A stretch of DNA of 64,000 bases from IMG/VR virus record IMGVR_UViG_3300020050_008348; one strand, written 5' to 3'. Below are positions 10,168 to 21,582 of this stretch, in pieces. The number at the start of each line of letters is the position of its first letter. Position 1 is the stretch's first letter. The notes beneath the pieces were generated by a model. The model did not search any database. It was given only the letters and a program-made list of their open reading frames with translations, and was not told the origin of the DNA. Source of the DNA: an uncultured virus (IMG/VR IMGVR_UViG_3300020050_008348) (Duplodnaviria > Heunggongvirae > Uroviricota > Caudoviricetes). The position numbers and the translations under genes were made by a program.

Positions 10168-10757
10168 AAACAGTAATTACATTAGCAGCAGGAGGTCTAA
10201 TTGTATTTTTAGTAGCTTATGGTCTTGGTTGCCATAGAGGTAAAACTGTTATACAGAAAGAGTATATTACTCAAATTACTCACGATACAATTCGTGATAC
10301 TGTAAATGTTACTCGTGTAGTTCCCCACTATATTGATAGACTACCGACAAACATCAAACAAGTAGTTACTAAAGATACTGTAATCAAGTATCAGTACAAA
10401 GACAGAATCCAGTATGTAGATAGAGACATCTATCAAACTAAATTTGATACTGTAACTATTAGTAAAGATACACCTATATTGGTATATCAAGATTCAGTAG
10501 TAAAACCTAATTATACAATGGTATATAATATTCGTACTATTGGATTATTAGATGCGTTTAATTATACAGTTACTACTAAGAACCCGCCTGTAAAGCAAGA
10601 TACTAAGAAATTTTTTAGTAATTTGTTTTTAGGTTATCGTTTTGATAATGATGTACAAGTAGGTGGTCAAATTGGTTATAATAAAATTAGTGTAAACTAT
10701 TTATACGGTGCAAATAGTAAAACACACAATGTATTTATTGGTTATAAACTATTTTAA
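10161..10757 (+). CDS. Membrane-anchored protein (possible spanin-like)
   Basis: N-terminal TM helix, repeated DT(I/V) segments, beta-rich C-terminus ending GYKLF. Confidence 0.5.
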   Translation: MLKTVITLAAGGLIVFLVAYGLGCHRGKTVIQKEYITQITHDTIRDTVNVTRVVPHYIDRLPTNIKQVVTKDTVIKYQYKDRIQYVDRDIYQTKFDTVTISKDTPILVYQDSVVKPNYTMVYNIRTIGLLDAFNYTVTTKNPPVKQDTKKFFSNLFLGYRFDNDVQVGGQIGYNKISVNYLYGANSKTHNVFIGYKLF

Positions 10758-10760
10758 AAC

Positions 10761-13700
10761 ATGAGTAGTTGCAAGTTTAATTCTGTAAAAGCAAGTAATG
10801 GTGAACAATCAAATCTTTATGACCAATTAGCTAATAAGTTAGGTCAAGAAGAAGGTATGAAATACTACTTACAGGCGTTACAGTTGAAAAATAATAACGT
10901 TGCTGTTATCTTTGATGCTAATTCAGAGCCTGTTGTTAATGTGGGGTTACAGCAGGCTCTTGGCTTGGTTTTAACAGATACTAAGATTTATCAACAAACT
11001 AATCTTATTGATATGATTGGTACAGATGTTGGTAAGTATAAGGTATTTACTAAAGCTGAACAAGCACGTCAATTAGCAAGAGTTAATAAAGAGCTATTAG
11101 TAATTGATAATAACCGTGAAGCTATTGCTAATTCTAATGGTACTATCACTATACAATATAAAGTAGGACAATCACAATCACCATTTACAGGTGTTGTACC
11201 TACACGTATTGTAGGTAATGATAAAGATAATGTTATAGCATTGAAGAATTATCAAATTCTACAAGCCAATAAACGCATTAGTGAGATTAAAATAGCATTA
11301 AAAGATACTACTCTTACACCAACAGCTATACAAGCGTTAGTACGTGAGAAAACAGAAACAGTTGATAGAGTTAGACAATTACGACTTGATGGTACTAAGA
11401 TAAATACTGCTGGTACATTTACTAACTTCTTTGATATAGCTCAAAATGATATTAGCCTAATAGCTTCATTAGTTACAAGTAATAAACTTGCAGACCTTGA
11501 ACAAGCCAACATCCTCATTGATTTCTATAAACGTGTTGGAGATTTCAGTAGTAATGAAATATTTGACCATGTAATATTTGGTGAAGCTCTTTTTGACCCT
11601 GTTAGTAAACGACCATTGGTAGATGCTGTATGGCAACAACCATTTAGAGATTTAGCAGCACAAGCATTTCAATATGATGTTCAACTAAAAGGTAAACAAC
11701 GTCAATTGTTAGTAGATAGTGTAAATAATAATGAGCAAGTAGCTGCTTTACAAGCTACTGGTAAATTACAATTACAATCATTTGAAAGTATTATGAAATC
11801 TCTACGTGATAGAGACGATATGTTTTCACAATTTCTATCAATTGATACAGATACAGCTTTACTTGGTCAAGTGATTCACTCACAATTAGAACAAGTACAC
11901 GAAAATGCACTACTGAATTTTGAAAAGTATAGATTGAAACTTGATGATTTATCAGAAAAAGTCAATAAATTATTCAAAGATGCTAAATGGACAAGTCTTT
12001 GGGGTATTAGTCCAGATTTCAAAACTGTATTTAGTCAAGTAGATGAATTTGGTAATGAAACAGGTAACTTAGTTACAAGATATTCTACTACATGGTATGC
12101 TGCAAAAGCTAAAGTAGATAGGTATATTAATACAACACGCTTTAGTAATTGGAATATTAAAGACCCTACTATTAGGTTTAGAAGTAATTTAATATTAGCT
12201 AATAATGAACGAGCTTGGTTAGCTAATAATACAGTAGCACTTAATACAGAATTATTAGAAGATGTATTTAATCATCCAGATTTAGCAAGTCATTTAGCTG
12301 TTGTACAACAATTACAGAATATTGCTGGATATACACAAACTGAATTTGATGCACATAAACAAGAAATAATTGATTTAATTGGTGAACATGAATACAACAG
12401 ATTAATTGAAAAGCAAGTTTCTGATATTAAACTGTATGACGTAGAGTATCAAAATAAGTTAGACGATTTAGATAATGATGTTGCTGCTGGTACTATTACA
12501 TCTGCTGAACGTGATTTAAAAGCACAAAGATATAGATTAAGTAATAATCCATATTTAATATCATTTCAGTATGATAAAGGTGCTATGAAAACTAATGCTA
12601 ATGAAGATGTAGTACAAAACTGGCAAGAAAAGAATCAATATATACCAAAGAATATCAATGGTCATTATGATTCAAATTTTGATGTTATCAAGAACAATCA
12701 AGAAATACTTGATTTCTATGAGACTATGTTAGATATTAACAGAGAGTTGATTAGTATGTTACCACCTAAACTACAAGCAAAATATAAAGAGAACTCTCTA
12801 CTGTTTATTGATAAAGAACTTACTGAAATTATACTTGAAAATACTGAAAGCACTACAAGTAAAATAGCTAAACGTCAACGTAACAAGTTAACTGAAATAC
12901 TAACTACTATTGAACAATCTACTGATTATACAGGTGAAATTAATCCAGCAACAGGTGAGCGTATTAAACAAGTTAATACTAACAACTTATCATTACGTGA
13001 TGCTGAAATTAATAAAGTTAATAAAGCTAAAAGATTAGAATGGTTTAATGCTAATAAAGGTCAAACTATTACTGGTATATTTAATGGTATTAGTCAAACA
13101 CAAGTGATTGGTTCTAATTCTACTGTAACAATTAATAATTATATACCAGATGATGTTAAACGTGAATTGTTTTCAGAAGCACGAGCAGAAGTAATGTCTA
13201 AAAAGAGTTGGGATTTGCCAACTGTAATGAAGTTATTTGCTTTCTATACGTCTCAGTTAGAAGCAAGAGAACAGATGTTACCACTATTGAAATTACAGAA
13301 AGATTACTATAATAGTATTAAGACACCAGATACCAACAATACAGGTAATGCTCGTAATGTTAATAATAAAATGTTAACAGACACGTTTAGAGATGTGGCT
13401 AACAGAAATATGGAAGAATGGTATAATCGAGTTGTACTATTGAATCCAAATAATACACCTAAAAATACTGCTGGTAAGAAACGTTATCTATATACAAGAG
13501 AAGATAAAGCATTAAAAGTAAAATACGAAAATATACTTAAAGAAGAATTAGCTAAACTACCAGTAGATAGAGATATTCGTGTAATTGACTATGCTACTAA
13601 TGAACTTGAATCATTAAAGTTACGTGTACAAACTTACGAAGGATATGTTGATTTAACTATCAAGTTATTACAGTTTAAAGGTATGGGTTGGAATATACCT

Positions 13701-15212
13701 TCCATGTTTACTAACGTAGCTATTGGTACTATTGGTAACTTTGTAACTGCATCTGAAAATAGAACAGTTAAGTTAGACCATATGGTAAAAGCATATCGCA
13801 TTGTAATGGGTAGTATCTTAAAGAATTTATCATTTGATAAGATAAGTGTAGGTTCAAGTCAAAAAACAAGAATCTTGATGGATAGATATAGAGTTCTTCA
13901 AGATTCTACTAATGAAATTCAAAAAGCATCTACTAATAGTTTGATTACACATAAATTAGCTTGGACAGCACCATTGGAAGGACAACGTAGAGGTGAATAT
14001 CTTAATCAAGCACCTTTGATGATTGCTAAATTAATGGATGAAAATATTACAGGATTAGATGGTACAGTTAGTAGTGTATGGGAAGCACTTGATGATAATG
14101 GTCAATTAACATCTAATTTTAGAACAATTGATAATATACAAAGTTGGGAACGTACTGATGAAAAAGGTAATGATTCTCAATATCATTTGTGGAAATCATC
14201 ACTTGATACAGCTATTGTAGATACTCACGGTGACTACCATGAATTGCGTGGTATGGCTGTAAAATCTAAGGCTTGGGGTAAGATGTTGATGATGTTCAAA
14301 ACGTGGTTACCAAGAGCTTTTTATACACGTTTAGGAGATGAACAGTTGAATATTAAACTGGGTTACGTAAGAAAAGGACGGTATAGAAGTTATACACCTG
14401 TTAGTGCTGCTGTTGGCACACTAATTGGTATGAGTGTATTTACAAATCCATTTACTATTGGTGGAGGACTTACAGCATTAGCTATTGCAAGTTTAGCAGG
14501 TATTACTATTAAAATGGCTGGTGGTAGAAAAACTACATCACTTGGTAAAGAGTTGATATTTACTACTGTGCAGTTAGTGAAGAATCTACTACTTAATACT
14601 ACACTTGGTTCAATTAATATTAAAACAGCAGATGGTACTAATCTTCTAAATGGTAATCAATTTACTGAAACAGATTTAGCTAATCTTAAAGCTAATTTAA
14701 TGGAATTAGCATTTGTTATGAATTATGTTATGTTGATGTTGGTGATTAAAGGTCTTACTTATGACGATGATGATGAAAAAGATTCATTAAAACGTAAAAC
14801 GCATAACCTATTAGTGAATCAGACATCACAAATAATAGGAGATTTATCACAATATGCTTCTATTGATGGTATTAAGAATATGGAAGCTAAAGCTATACCA
14901 TTACTTACTACACTTGGAGATTTAGCTAAAGTGGTACAACAAGCAGCATTGTATAAAGATGATATGGATATTATTGCAAGTGGAGAAGATGCTGGTAAAC
15001 ATGGTCTTTATAAAGCATTAGATAAAGCATTTGTACCGTCATTTGTTACTAATACATTTGGAATTGAGCGTAAAGCTAAAAGACAATTTGTACCTACTGC
15101 CTACGATAAAATGTTCTATTCGGAAGAACATCTTGAAAAATCAAAAAAACGTAGAGAAAATGCTTATAATAAAAGACAAGAAAAATTAAAAAAAGAGGAT
15201 GAAGGTTTGTAA
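10761..15212 (+). CDS. Large virion (cargo/ejection) protein
   Basis: 1483 aa, close to the virion RNAP gene, with hydrophobic segments near the C-terminus as in crAss-like cargo proteins. Confidence 0.65.
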   Translation: MSSCKFNSVKASNGEQSNLYDQLANKLGQEEGMKYYLQALQLKNNNVAVIFDANSEPVVNVGLQQALGLVLTDTKIYQQTNLIDMIGTDVGKYKVFTKAEQARQLARVNKELLVIDNNREAIANSNGTITIQYKVGQSQSPFTGVVPTRIVGNDKDNVIALKNYQILQANKRISEIKIALKDTTLTPTAIQALVREKTETVDRVRQLRLDGTKINTAGTFTNFFDIAQNDISLIASLVTSNKLADLEQANILIDFYKRVGDFSSNEIFDHVIFGEALFDPVSKRPLVDAVWQQPFRDLAAQAFQYDVQLKGKQRQLLVDSVNNNEQVAALQATGKLQLQSFESIMKSLRDRDDMFSQFLSIDTDTALLGQVIHSQLEQVHENALLNFEKYRLKLDDLSEKVNKLFKDAKWTSLWGISPDFKTVFSQVDEFGNETGNLVTRYSTTWYAAKAKVDRYINTTRFSNWNIKDPTIRFRSNLILANNERAWLANNTVALNTELLEDVFNHPDLASHLAVVQQLQNIAGYTQTEFDAHKQEIIDLIGEHEYNRLIEKQVSDIKLYDVEYQNKLDDLDNDVAAGTITSAERDLKAQRYRLSNNPYLISFQYDKGAMKTNANEDVVQNWQEKNQYIPKNINGHYDSNFDVIKNNQEILDFYETMLDINRELISMLPPKLQAKYKENSLLFIDKELTEIILENTESTTSKIAKRQRNKLTEILTTIEQSTDYTGEINPATGERIKQVNTNNLSLRDAEINKVNKAKRLEWFNANKGQTITGIFNGISQTQVIGSNSTVTINNYIPDDVKRELFSEARAEVMSKKSWDLPTVMKLFAFYTSQLEAREQMLPLLKLQKDYYNSIKTPDTNNTGNARNVNNKMLTDTFRDVANRNMEEWYNRVVLLNPNNTPKNTAGKKRYLYTREDKALKVKYENILKEELAKLPVDRDIRVIDYATNELESLKLRVQTYEGYVDLTIKLLQFKGMGWNIPSMFTNVAIGTIGNFVTASENRTVKLDHMVKAYRIVMGSILKNLSFDKISVGSSQKTRILMDRYRVLQDSTNEIQKASTNSLITHKLAWTAPLEGQRRGEYLNQAPLMIAKLMDENITGLDGTVSSVWEALDDNGQLTSNFRTIDNIQSWERTDEKGNDSQYHLWKSSLDTAIVDTHGDYHELRGMAVKSKAWGKMLMMFKTWLPRAFYTRLGDEQLNIKLGYVRKGRYRSYTPVSAAVGTLIGMSVFTNPFTIGGGLTALAIASLAGITIKMAGGRKTTSLGKELIFTTVQLVKNLLLNTTLGSINIKTADGTNLLNGNQFTETDLANLKANLMELAFVMNYVMLMLVIKGLTYDDDDEKDSLKRKTHNLLVNQTSQIIGDLSQYASIDGIKNMEAKAIPLLTTLGDLAKVVQQAALYKDDMDIIASGEDAGKHGLYKALDKAFVPSFVTNTFGIERKAKRQFVPTAYDKMFYSEEHLEKSKKRRENAYNKRQEKLKKEDEGL

Positions 15213-15343
15213 CTTTGTTTCATAATTATATTAAAAAGGTAGGAGATTTTAGTATAATGTAAAAAATATTGATAATAGCCATGTATAGTATATACAACTC
15301 CTACTTGTACATATTACTACGTGGCTTTATTATTTTATATAAC

Positions 15344-15853
15344 ATGGAAGCAGAAGTATTTAAACAAATTGAAGATTATCCATATTACGAAATAAGTAAT
15401 TATGGAAATGTTAAATCCTTACAAAAAGGTAATTATGGTAAAATTAGTAAATTAGGTAAAAGTGGTAATGGTTATTTATATAAAGCATTATATCATAATG
15501 GTAGTTTTAAAAGTAGGTTTATTCAAGTACTTGTAGCAGAAGCATTTATACCAAATCCTGAAAACAAAGGCTTTGTAAATCATAAAGATGGTAATAAACT
15601 TAATAATTATGTATTAAATTTAGAATGGTGTACACGTTCTGAAAATTTAATACATGCAAGAGATACTGGATTATTAAATCCTCCAAAAGGTAGTGCTAAC
15701 GGACTTTCTAAATTAAAAGAAGAAGATATACCTATAATAAGACAAATGTTTAATGATGGTATGAAGTATAAACAGATAAGTGTAGTGTTTAAAGTACATG
15801 AAGAAACAATAGCTTATATAATAAGAGGTAAAACATGGACACATATACTGTGA
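15344..15853 (+). CDS. NUMOD4/HNH homing endonuclease
   Basis: 'YEISNYGNVKS' (NUMOD4), 'LVAEAFIPNP...VNHKDGNKLNN...NLEW' (HNH), C-terminal HTH; probable ATG at 15344. Confidence 0.9.
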   Translation: MEAEVFKQIEDYPYYEISNYGNVKSLQKGNYGKISKLGKSGNGYLYKALYHNGSFKSRFIQVLVAEAFIPNPENKGFVNHKDGNKLNNYVLNLEWCTRSENLIHARDTGLLNPPKGSANGLSKLKEEDIPIIRQMFNDGMKYKQISVVFKVHEETIAYIIRGKTWTHIL

Positions 15854-15960
15854 TGTTTTGGTCAGATGAACATTTGGAAAAGAATAAGCATCTTAAAGAA
15901 AGAGCTAAGGAGAGATTAGAGGAAAAGATAGAAAAAGCTAAAGAGGACGAGGGTTTATAA
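15853..15960 (+). pseudogene. Orphan duplicate of the C-terminus of the 1483-aa gene
   Basis: Encodes MFWSDEHLEKNKHLKERAKERLEEKIEKAKEDEGL*, compared with MFYSEEHLEKSKKRRENAYNKRQEKLKKEDEGL* at 15111-15212. Confidence 0.8.
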
Positions 15961-16027
15961 ACAAATATAGAAATTTTTTAGTAAGTAATGGTTTTTTCAT
16001 ACATTGTTGATAATATATAGTTTGAGT

Positions 16028-16066
16028 AAAGGGTGTAATTAGTATAAAGCTAACTACACCCTTTTT
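16028..16066. terminator. Probable bidirectional intrinsic terminator at the convergence of the two gene arms
   Basis: AAAGGGTGTAATTAG-TATAAAG-CTAACTACACCCTTTTT hairpin. Confidence 0.75.
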
Positions 16067-16106
16067 GTTTCCCACTATTAATAATAAGAGTAAAGCTGTA
16101 TTACTC

Positions 16107-17133
16107 TTACTTTCCTTCACGATATTCAATCAACCATTGAGCAAATTCTTCATAACTATCAAATTGATATACAGGTAAACCACTATTTAAAGTTTCTGCT
16201 AATGCTTCTTGTAGTGTTGTACCTTTACACGCAAGTTTTTCTGATACATTAAAATTCCAACAAAAACAATTAAATGTACACAATATTGCAACATGATTGT
16301 TTCTTATAGTAGCATATATATTCCAATATTCATCAATACTATCTAATGTTATTGTAGTTTTCTTATCAACTACTGGTAATATTACTTCTTTCATTTTTTA
16401 GATTTTTTAATTTATTTTCAATTCTTTTTCCTGCAATAAACACAACTACTAATATTATTACTATTAGCATTAATCCTCCTGTTTCCATATTATACTTTAA
16501 AGTTAGGACAAGTAATAGGGTCTTGACATGGGTGCATTACCACTTTTCTACAAAATCCACATTTAGTTTTAGGTTTATCGCTATTAACTACTACATCAGT
16601 AGTCTTAGGTAACACCTTATCAACAGGTGCTGTTACAACAAAATCGTTTATTGCGTATTCGTAATCTTTCATGTTATTATTATTTTGTATAATTATTTAA
16701 AATTTGTTTACCTGTATCTGTTAACGCAACACTTGGTTTAACACCATGATAATATCGCATATAAATTAGTTTTTCATCTGCTAATTTACCTAATAAATGA
16801 ACCATTGCATTTACCAAATATTCATTATCAATTAGTGGAAAATCTATAAACTTGTTATCTACTTTTTTCTGTTCTGTATTGATAAATTGTAGAATATAAA
16901 TGATAACAGGTGTTATTTGAAAGTTATTCATAACGATTTATGTTTTAAAAATCTCCAAATTTAATCCAGTCAGCACATACACTAATTGGTATTTCCCAAA
17001 TATCGGTGAGTTTGAAATCATCAAAGTCACCAAGCAATATACTTACAACAAGCATTAATGGTAACATTAGTATTAAGAAAGGTATTATACATGTGAGTAG
17101 TATGAATACTCGAAATAGATAGATATGTGTCAT
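16107..17133 (-). other. Cluster of small hypothetical phage ORFs (16107-16394, 16490-16672, 16680-16931, 16945-17133)
   Basis: Co-oriented short ORFs with ATG starts and A-rich leaders. Confidence 0.6.
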
Positions 17134-17147
17134 TTTTTTATCTTACT

Positions 17148-17657
17148 TTAAAGTTGTTTGGATATTTTTATACATTGTTCTTCAATATTTGATACTTTTA
17201 AACCAAATAGTTTAATACGTAAACTATTTAATTGTTCAAATATGCTTATGTTTTTAAATTTAATTTTGTTTGTATTGTTTAAATTAAATTCATAATTAAC
17301 AAACATATTATCATTATTAATTGTAAAATTATCAATTAATGTTTTGTATTCTACAATCAAATTGCTAATCTTATTTAATTTTTCTGTTTTTTCTATAACT
17401 TTTTTTTCTCTATCAATGGGTTTTCTTAATTTTGTTATCTTAGTTGTATCATGTAGTTTTTTATGACAAATTGCACATAGTGTAATTAAACTATCAATTG
17501 GATATTCCCACATCAATAAAGAAGAATCATAGTAAGTATGATGTACATGTAAGTAATGTCTTGATGTACACTCAACACATTGATTACTGTCTCGTAATTT
17601 TACAGTTTCTCTAATGTTGTGCCACTGTACGCTTTTTAATTGTTCACTATAAGTCAT
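17148..17657 (-). CDS. HNH endonuclease (zinc-binding)
   Basis: RD..QCVEC...LHVHH..Y...WEYP...LITLCAICH. Confidence 0.85.
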   Translation of the reverse strand: MTYSEQLKSVQWHNIRETVKLRDSNQCVECTSRHYLHVHHTYYDSSLLMWEYPIDSLITLCAICHKKLHDTTKITKLRKPIDREKKVIEKTEKLNKISNLIVEYKTLIDNFTINNDNMFVNYEFNLNNTNKIKFKNISIFEQLNSLRIKLFGLKVSNIEEQCIKISKQL

Positions 17658-17679
17658 TATAATACAGATTTATTATTAA

Positions 17680-17709
17680 CAAAGATAGTTCTTTTTTGAT
17701 AATTTCAAA
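17680..17709 (-). promoter_or_regulatory. Bacteroidota sigma-A type promoter
   Basis: TTTG...TATCTTTG (-7 box TAnnTTTG at 17680-17687) upstream of the HNH gene. Confidence 0.55.
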
Positions 17710-17720
17710 ATTAAATTTTA

Positions 17721-17808
17721 CTAAGCTCCACATCTATTATCTTTAGTGGGAAATACTCTCACATTACTAATTATATTTCCCACTATTAATAATAACAGAC
17801 TAAGCTCA
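17721..17808. repeat. Inverted pair of the dispersed TTTCCCACTA-N13-GAGCT element
   Basis: TAGTGGGAAA at 17744 and TTTCCCACTA at 17776, each with an outer AGCT box. Confidence 0.85.
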
Positions 17809-17836
17809 TTTGTTACTTAGTGAAATACCACTAAGC

Positions 17837-18211
17837 TCAATAATAAGTTATAGTATAACCATCACATTCTATTTTAACAGTAGGTACAGTTGGATTAATA
17901 CTTATTGTACAATTATTGGTAGCTTTATTATTAAATCCGATTTTAGTAGCAATATACGTAAAATTATAAGTACACCAATCAGACTCATATCGAACACCTA
18001 CGTATCGCAATATGTATTTTTCACCATCACCTGTATTTAAAAAAGATACTACTGATAATTCGTTATTTTCTTTTTTAAAAGAACGAAGGAGTGTACCACT
18101 TAGAATGGTGTCTTTGAATTTAGTAGTATTGATAGTATAATTAAAGTCTTGTTGACTATATACTACTACTTGAAATAATGCAAATAGCAATACTAAAACA
18201 TGTTTTTTCAT
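17837..18211 (-). CDS. Secreted hypothetical protein
   Basis: Signal-peptide-like N-terminus (MKKHVLVLLFALFQVVVYSQ). Confidence 0.6.
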   Translation of the reverse strand: MKKHVLVLLFALFQVVVYSQQDFNYTINTTKFKDTILSGTLLRSFKKENNELSVVSFLNTGDGEKYILRYVGVRYESDWCTYNFTYIATKIGFNNKATNNCTISINPTVPTVKIECDGYTITYY

Positions 18212-18427
18212 TTTTTATTGTTATTGTTTTATGAAGAATAGTAAAACTACACAGTTAATTATCTTCGTCATTTTCTTCGTAGTAATTTCTATAATATGGT
18301 AATGTATTAGTACCAGAAGATGTTGAATTTGCTGATATTACCATACCTACCCCTATGAGTAATAATATAATTAATATAGTTAATAGCATTTGTTATTATT
18401 TTATAGTTAAGAATAGTGAAGCTACAC

Positions 18428-18525
18428 ATGAACTCCACTGTTATTATTGTTAGTGGGAAACACACTTATTTAACTAAGCATTACACTTATTGTTTCCCAC
18501 TAACATAAATAGATGTGGACGTTCA
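18428..18525. repeat. Inverted pair of the dispersed element
   Basis: Cores at 18451 and 18493. Confidence 0.85.
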
Positions 18526-18825
18526 ATTTACGTCCAGCCAATTAATACAATTTCACTCAACGTATAATTATGTACAGTACCTTTAATCATAAATTCTGGT
18601 ATAATAACACGTTTACCTTCTATTACATGAAGATTCCATATAATCCATACATCTTGTATAATATCTGTCCATGTAGATAATCCATATTTATTACGTTTAA
18701 ATGATTTACCTATTAAATCTTCTTGTTTAAAAGTCATTCGATAAATTTTATATTGTTATCAGATAAAGTAACTTCTACTTATTGTTTCCCACTAACATAA
18801 ATAGATGTGGACGTTCAATTTACGT
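18485..18825. repeat. 49-bp perfect direct repeats (18485-18533 and 18777-18825) flanking a 69-aa gene
   Basis: ACTTATTGTTTCCCACTAACATAAATAGATGTGGACGTTCAATTTACGT occurs twice. Confidence 0.95.
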
Positions 18826-19991
18826 TAGCATTAAAGAGGATTAGTACACAATAATTCATTAATTTTCTTATTCACTTCATCAATATTTTCATAATATGGT
18901 AATACATCTATTCCACCTTCTTTTCTACTATTATTATATCTTCTTGTTTCCAAGTATTGTTCTAATAATACTTTACGTAATTGTAAAAGTTTAAATAGTT
19001 CAGAAGCACATTCCATAAAATCAAATGATTCTATATTTTGCAAATTACCGTACGTTGTTATACTTACCATTATTGTTTCATCCTTAAATCAGTGTAAAAT
19101 TTATCTACTGCTTGCTCAATATACTGATTAATAATTATTTCTGCTTTTTCTCTTACAGCATTACGTATTTTATTCCAATCAGTAGATTGTTTGATAGCTT
19201 GTTCAATACATCTTTTTGTTTCATTTTCAACTACTGCTGCAAAGTTGAAGTTTTTAAAAGCATTTTCAATACCAGCAGCTAATTCATCTTCTATTAACTC
19301 ATTATTCATTATGTATTGATTAATGAGTTTTTGAGCAGCTACTTCAAGTTGAAACGTAACTTTAGTAGTATTAGGTTGTGTTTCTATATACATCACTCAA
19401 TCAATTTTATATTATTATCAGATAAATTAGCATCTACTGCTAAATCTTCACCACTTAATAGCATCGTACCTACTTGTTGAGGTGTTAGTGTAAAATATAA
19501 AATACGCTTATTACCTATTATAAAGTGAAAAGCTATTTTACCATCTGTTGTTCTACCACCAGAATCAATTGTTAATTGTACTTTCATTCTTGTCTATCTT
19601 TATACTTATCTAAATCTTCTGGTTTAATCTGTATTAAAGTACTTGTACCTTTTGGATATAACTTACCATTCTTATCTTTAATAACACGAATAGTAATCAT
19701 ACCTGTTGTATCTTTTGGTTTAGGGAGTGTTTGCTTATCACGATACCTCATGTTATTAGTTTTATTAAGTTATAAAGTAGGTTCTTTGTCTTTTAAATCT
19801 GTATAATAATATTGCTTCTTTAATATTTTGTAAATATCACGCATAGCAACTTTATCATCTTCTTTAGCTGTTATTAATTCACCACCATATCTTAACCAAT
19901 CAATACTTTGTAATATAATATTACGTAGAGCAGCTACTATTAATAGTATTAATATAGCAGGTAGTGTAATTATTCTTAATAGATATTTCAT
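18528..19991 (-). other. Small hypothetical ORFs (18528-18737, 18831-19070, 19070-19396, 19393-19587, 19770-19991)
   Basis: Co-oriented, several with overlapping start and stop codons. Confidence 0.6.
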
Positions 19992-20004
19992 TGTTTTATC
20001 GTTT

Positions 20005-20041
20005 AAAAAAGAGTGACTATAATTTTCATATAGCCACTCTT
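20005..20041 (-). terminator. Intrinsic terminator
   Basis: AAGAGTGGCTAT...ATAGTCACTC followed by a T-tract on the minus strand. Confidence 0.6.
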
Positions 20042-20242
20042 ATATGAAAATTATTTACTTGTTTTCTTGTTGTATTGGTTGCCATTCACCATTAATATAC
20101 TCTGTAAAAGTGTTTAAATCTATAATTTGTACACTTTTTAAGTCATCAACTGTTAATTCACGATTAACTATTAATGTATCATAATCTTCAAAAATAAATA
20201 AATAATTGTATTGCATTGTGTATGATTTTAAACTGTTAAAAA

Positions 20243-20764
20243 TTATTGTTTATCTAATCTTATTGCTGATAGTTCACTTGTAAATGTATCTGGATAACGT
20301 TTACTTAATTTTACAATATTAGCATCCATTACATCTTCAACAGTAATAATATTATCTGTTGTATTGACATGAAATAATATAGTAGCTAATATATTCCAAA
20401 CCACTTGTACAAAATACTCTAATTGTACATCTTCCAAGTGTCTTGACATCATTGTATAACTTGTTAGAGCATCAAATATGTCACATACGCTATCTTCGTC
20501 AAGTCTCTGTCCAGAATATTGAATTTTCAGAGATTGTGGCTTATATCCACGTAATCGAAGGAATGTAAAGAATCCATAGTAGTAATCACCAAGTTCTTCA
20601 ATTACATTTGTTACATCTAATTCTCGTCCATAACCATAGACTTTCTTAAATGCTGATTCCAATTCACCAATTTCTGATTTCATCAGTAGATGAACATGGA
20701 CATTTTGATTAGTAGCTGTATTCCATGTACGCTCAATAGCGTTTTGATATGTTATTAAATCCAT
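20243..20764 (-). CDS. MazG-like nucleotide pyrophosphohydrolase
   Basis: SEIGE...KK..Y....EELGD and 'VMDANIVKLSKRYPD.F' motifs. Confidence 0.85.
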   Translation of the reverse strand: MDLITYQNAIERTWNTATNQNVHVHLLMKSEIGELESAFKKVYGYGRELDVTNVIEELGDYYYGFFTFLRLRGYKPQSLKIQYSGQRLDEDSVCDIFDALTSYTMMSRHLEDVQLEYFVQVVWNILATILFHVNTTDNIITVEDVMDANIVKLSKRYPDTFTSELSAIRLDKQ

Positions 20765-20946
20765 GTTTTTATTAATAAAAGATTTTTAAAACTGATAATG
20801 TAGTTGTAATAGACTTTGTTATTTCTTTATAATAAAGTTCAAACTTAGCCTTGTATTCTTCTTTGAGTTCATACTCATTGTTTTCGTCGTATATTTTACC
20901 GTATTGCTCAATCAGTAAAGATTCTACCAATTGAGCAATATTGTTC

Positions 20947-21582
20947 TTAACACTTTGATTTAATTCCGTCATTATAGTTAAATATTTCATTCTCCAATTT
21001 AATTGGAAAATCTGATTGAGAAATGTCACTTATACTAAGTGATGTGTTAAACATTGTATTAGTTAACTTCAAAAACTGATTACGTCGAGTGTTAGTATTC
21101 AATAATACACTGTACGAGTAATCTTTCTTATCGTTTATTGTTACAAATATCTTATCTAATTCAGTAAGTGAATATATCTCACTGTAATTAGATAATTGAA
21201 ACATGTCAAAATGCTTACTGTACTCTACTGGAAACTTAAACACTAACATACGCAATTTAGCAGTTGCTATATCATCAAAGATGTAGTGTGTTTCCAATAT
21301 ATCACTTGATAATATCTTATCAATACTTACACTTGATGGAATAAGTACAAATAAATATGTATCTGATATGCCATTGTATAAGTAATCATCAATTCCAATA
21401 GCTACTGGCTTTAACCTTTTAATAGCATTGTATAAATTGATGTCGTATAGCTTAAAGATTTTACTAAGATACAGTAGTGTACGATTTTGTACAATAGAAT
21501 TGATAGATAAAGTTTCCTTGTTTAGTGGGAAACCATACAAGTCTATCTGTTCCTGTTTTGTTAATTTTGATTCTGCTGTCAT
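20947..21582 (-). CDS. Phage hypothetical protein
   Basis: 211-aa ORF coupled to the exonuclease gene. Confidence 0.6.
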   Translation of the reverse strand: MTAESKLTKQEQIDLYGFPLNKETLSINSIVQNRTLLYLSKIFKLYDINLYNAIKRLKPVAIGIDDYLYNGISDTYLFVLIPSSVSIDKILSSDILETHYIFDDIATAKLRMLVFKFPVEYSKHFDMFQLSNYSEIYSLTELDKIFVTINDKKDYSYSVLLNTNTRRNQFLKLTNTMFNTSLSISDISQSDFPIKLENEIFNYNDGIKSKC

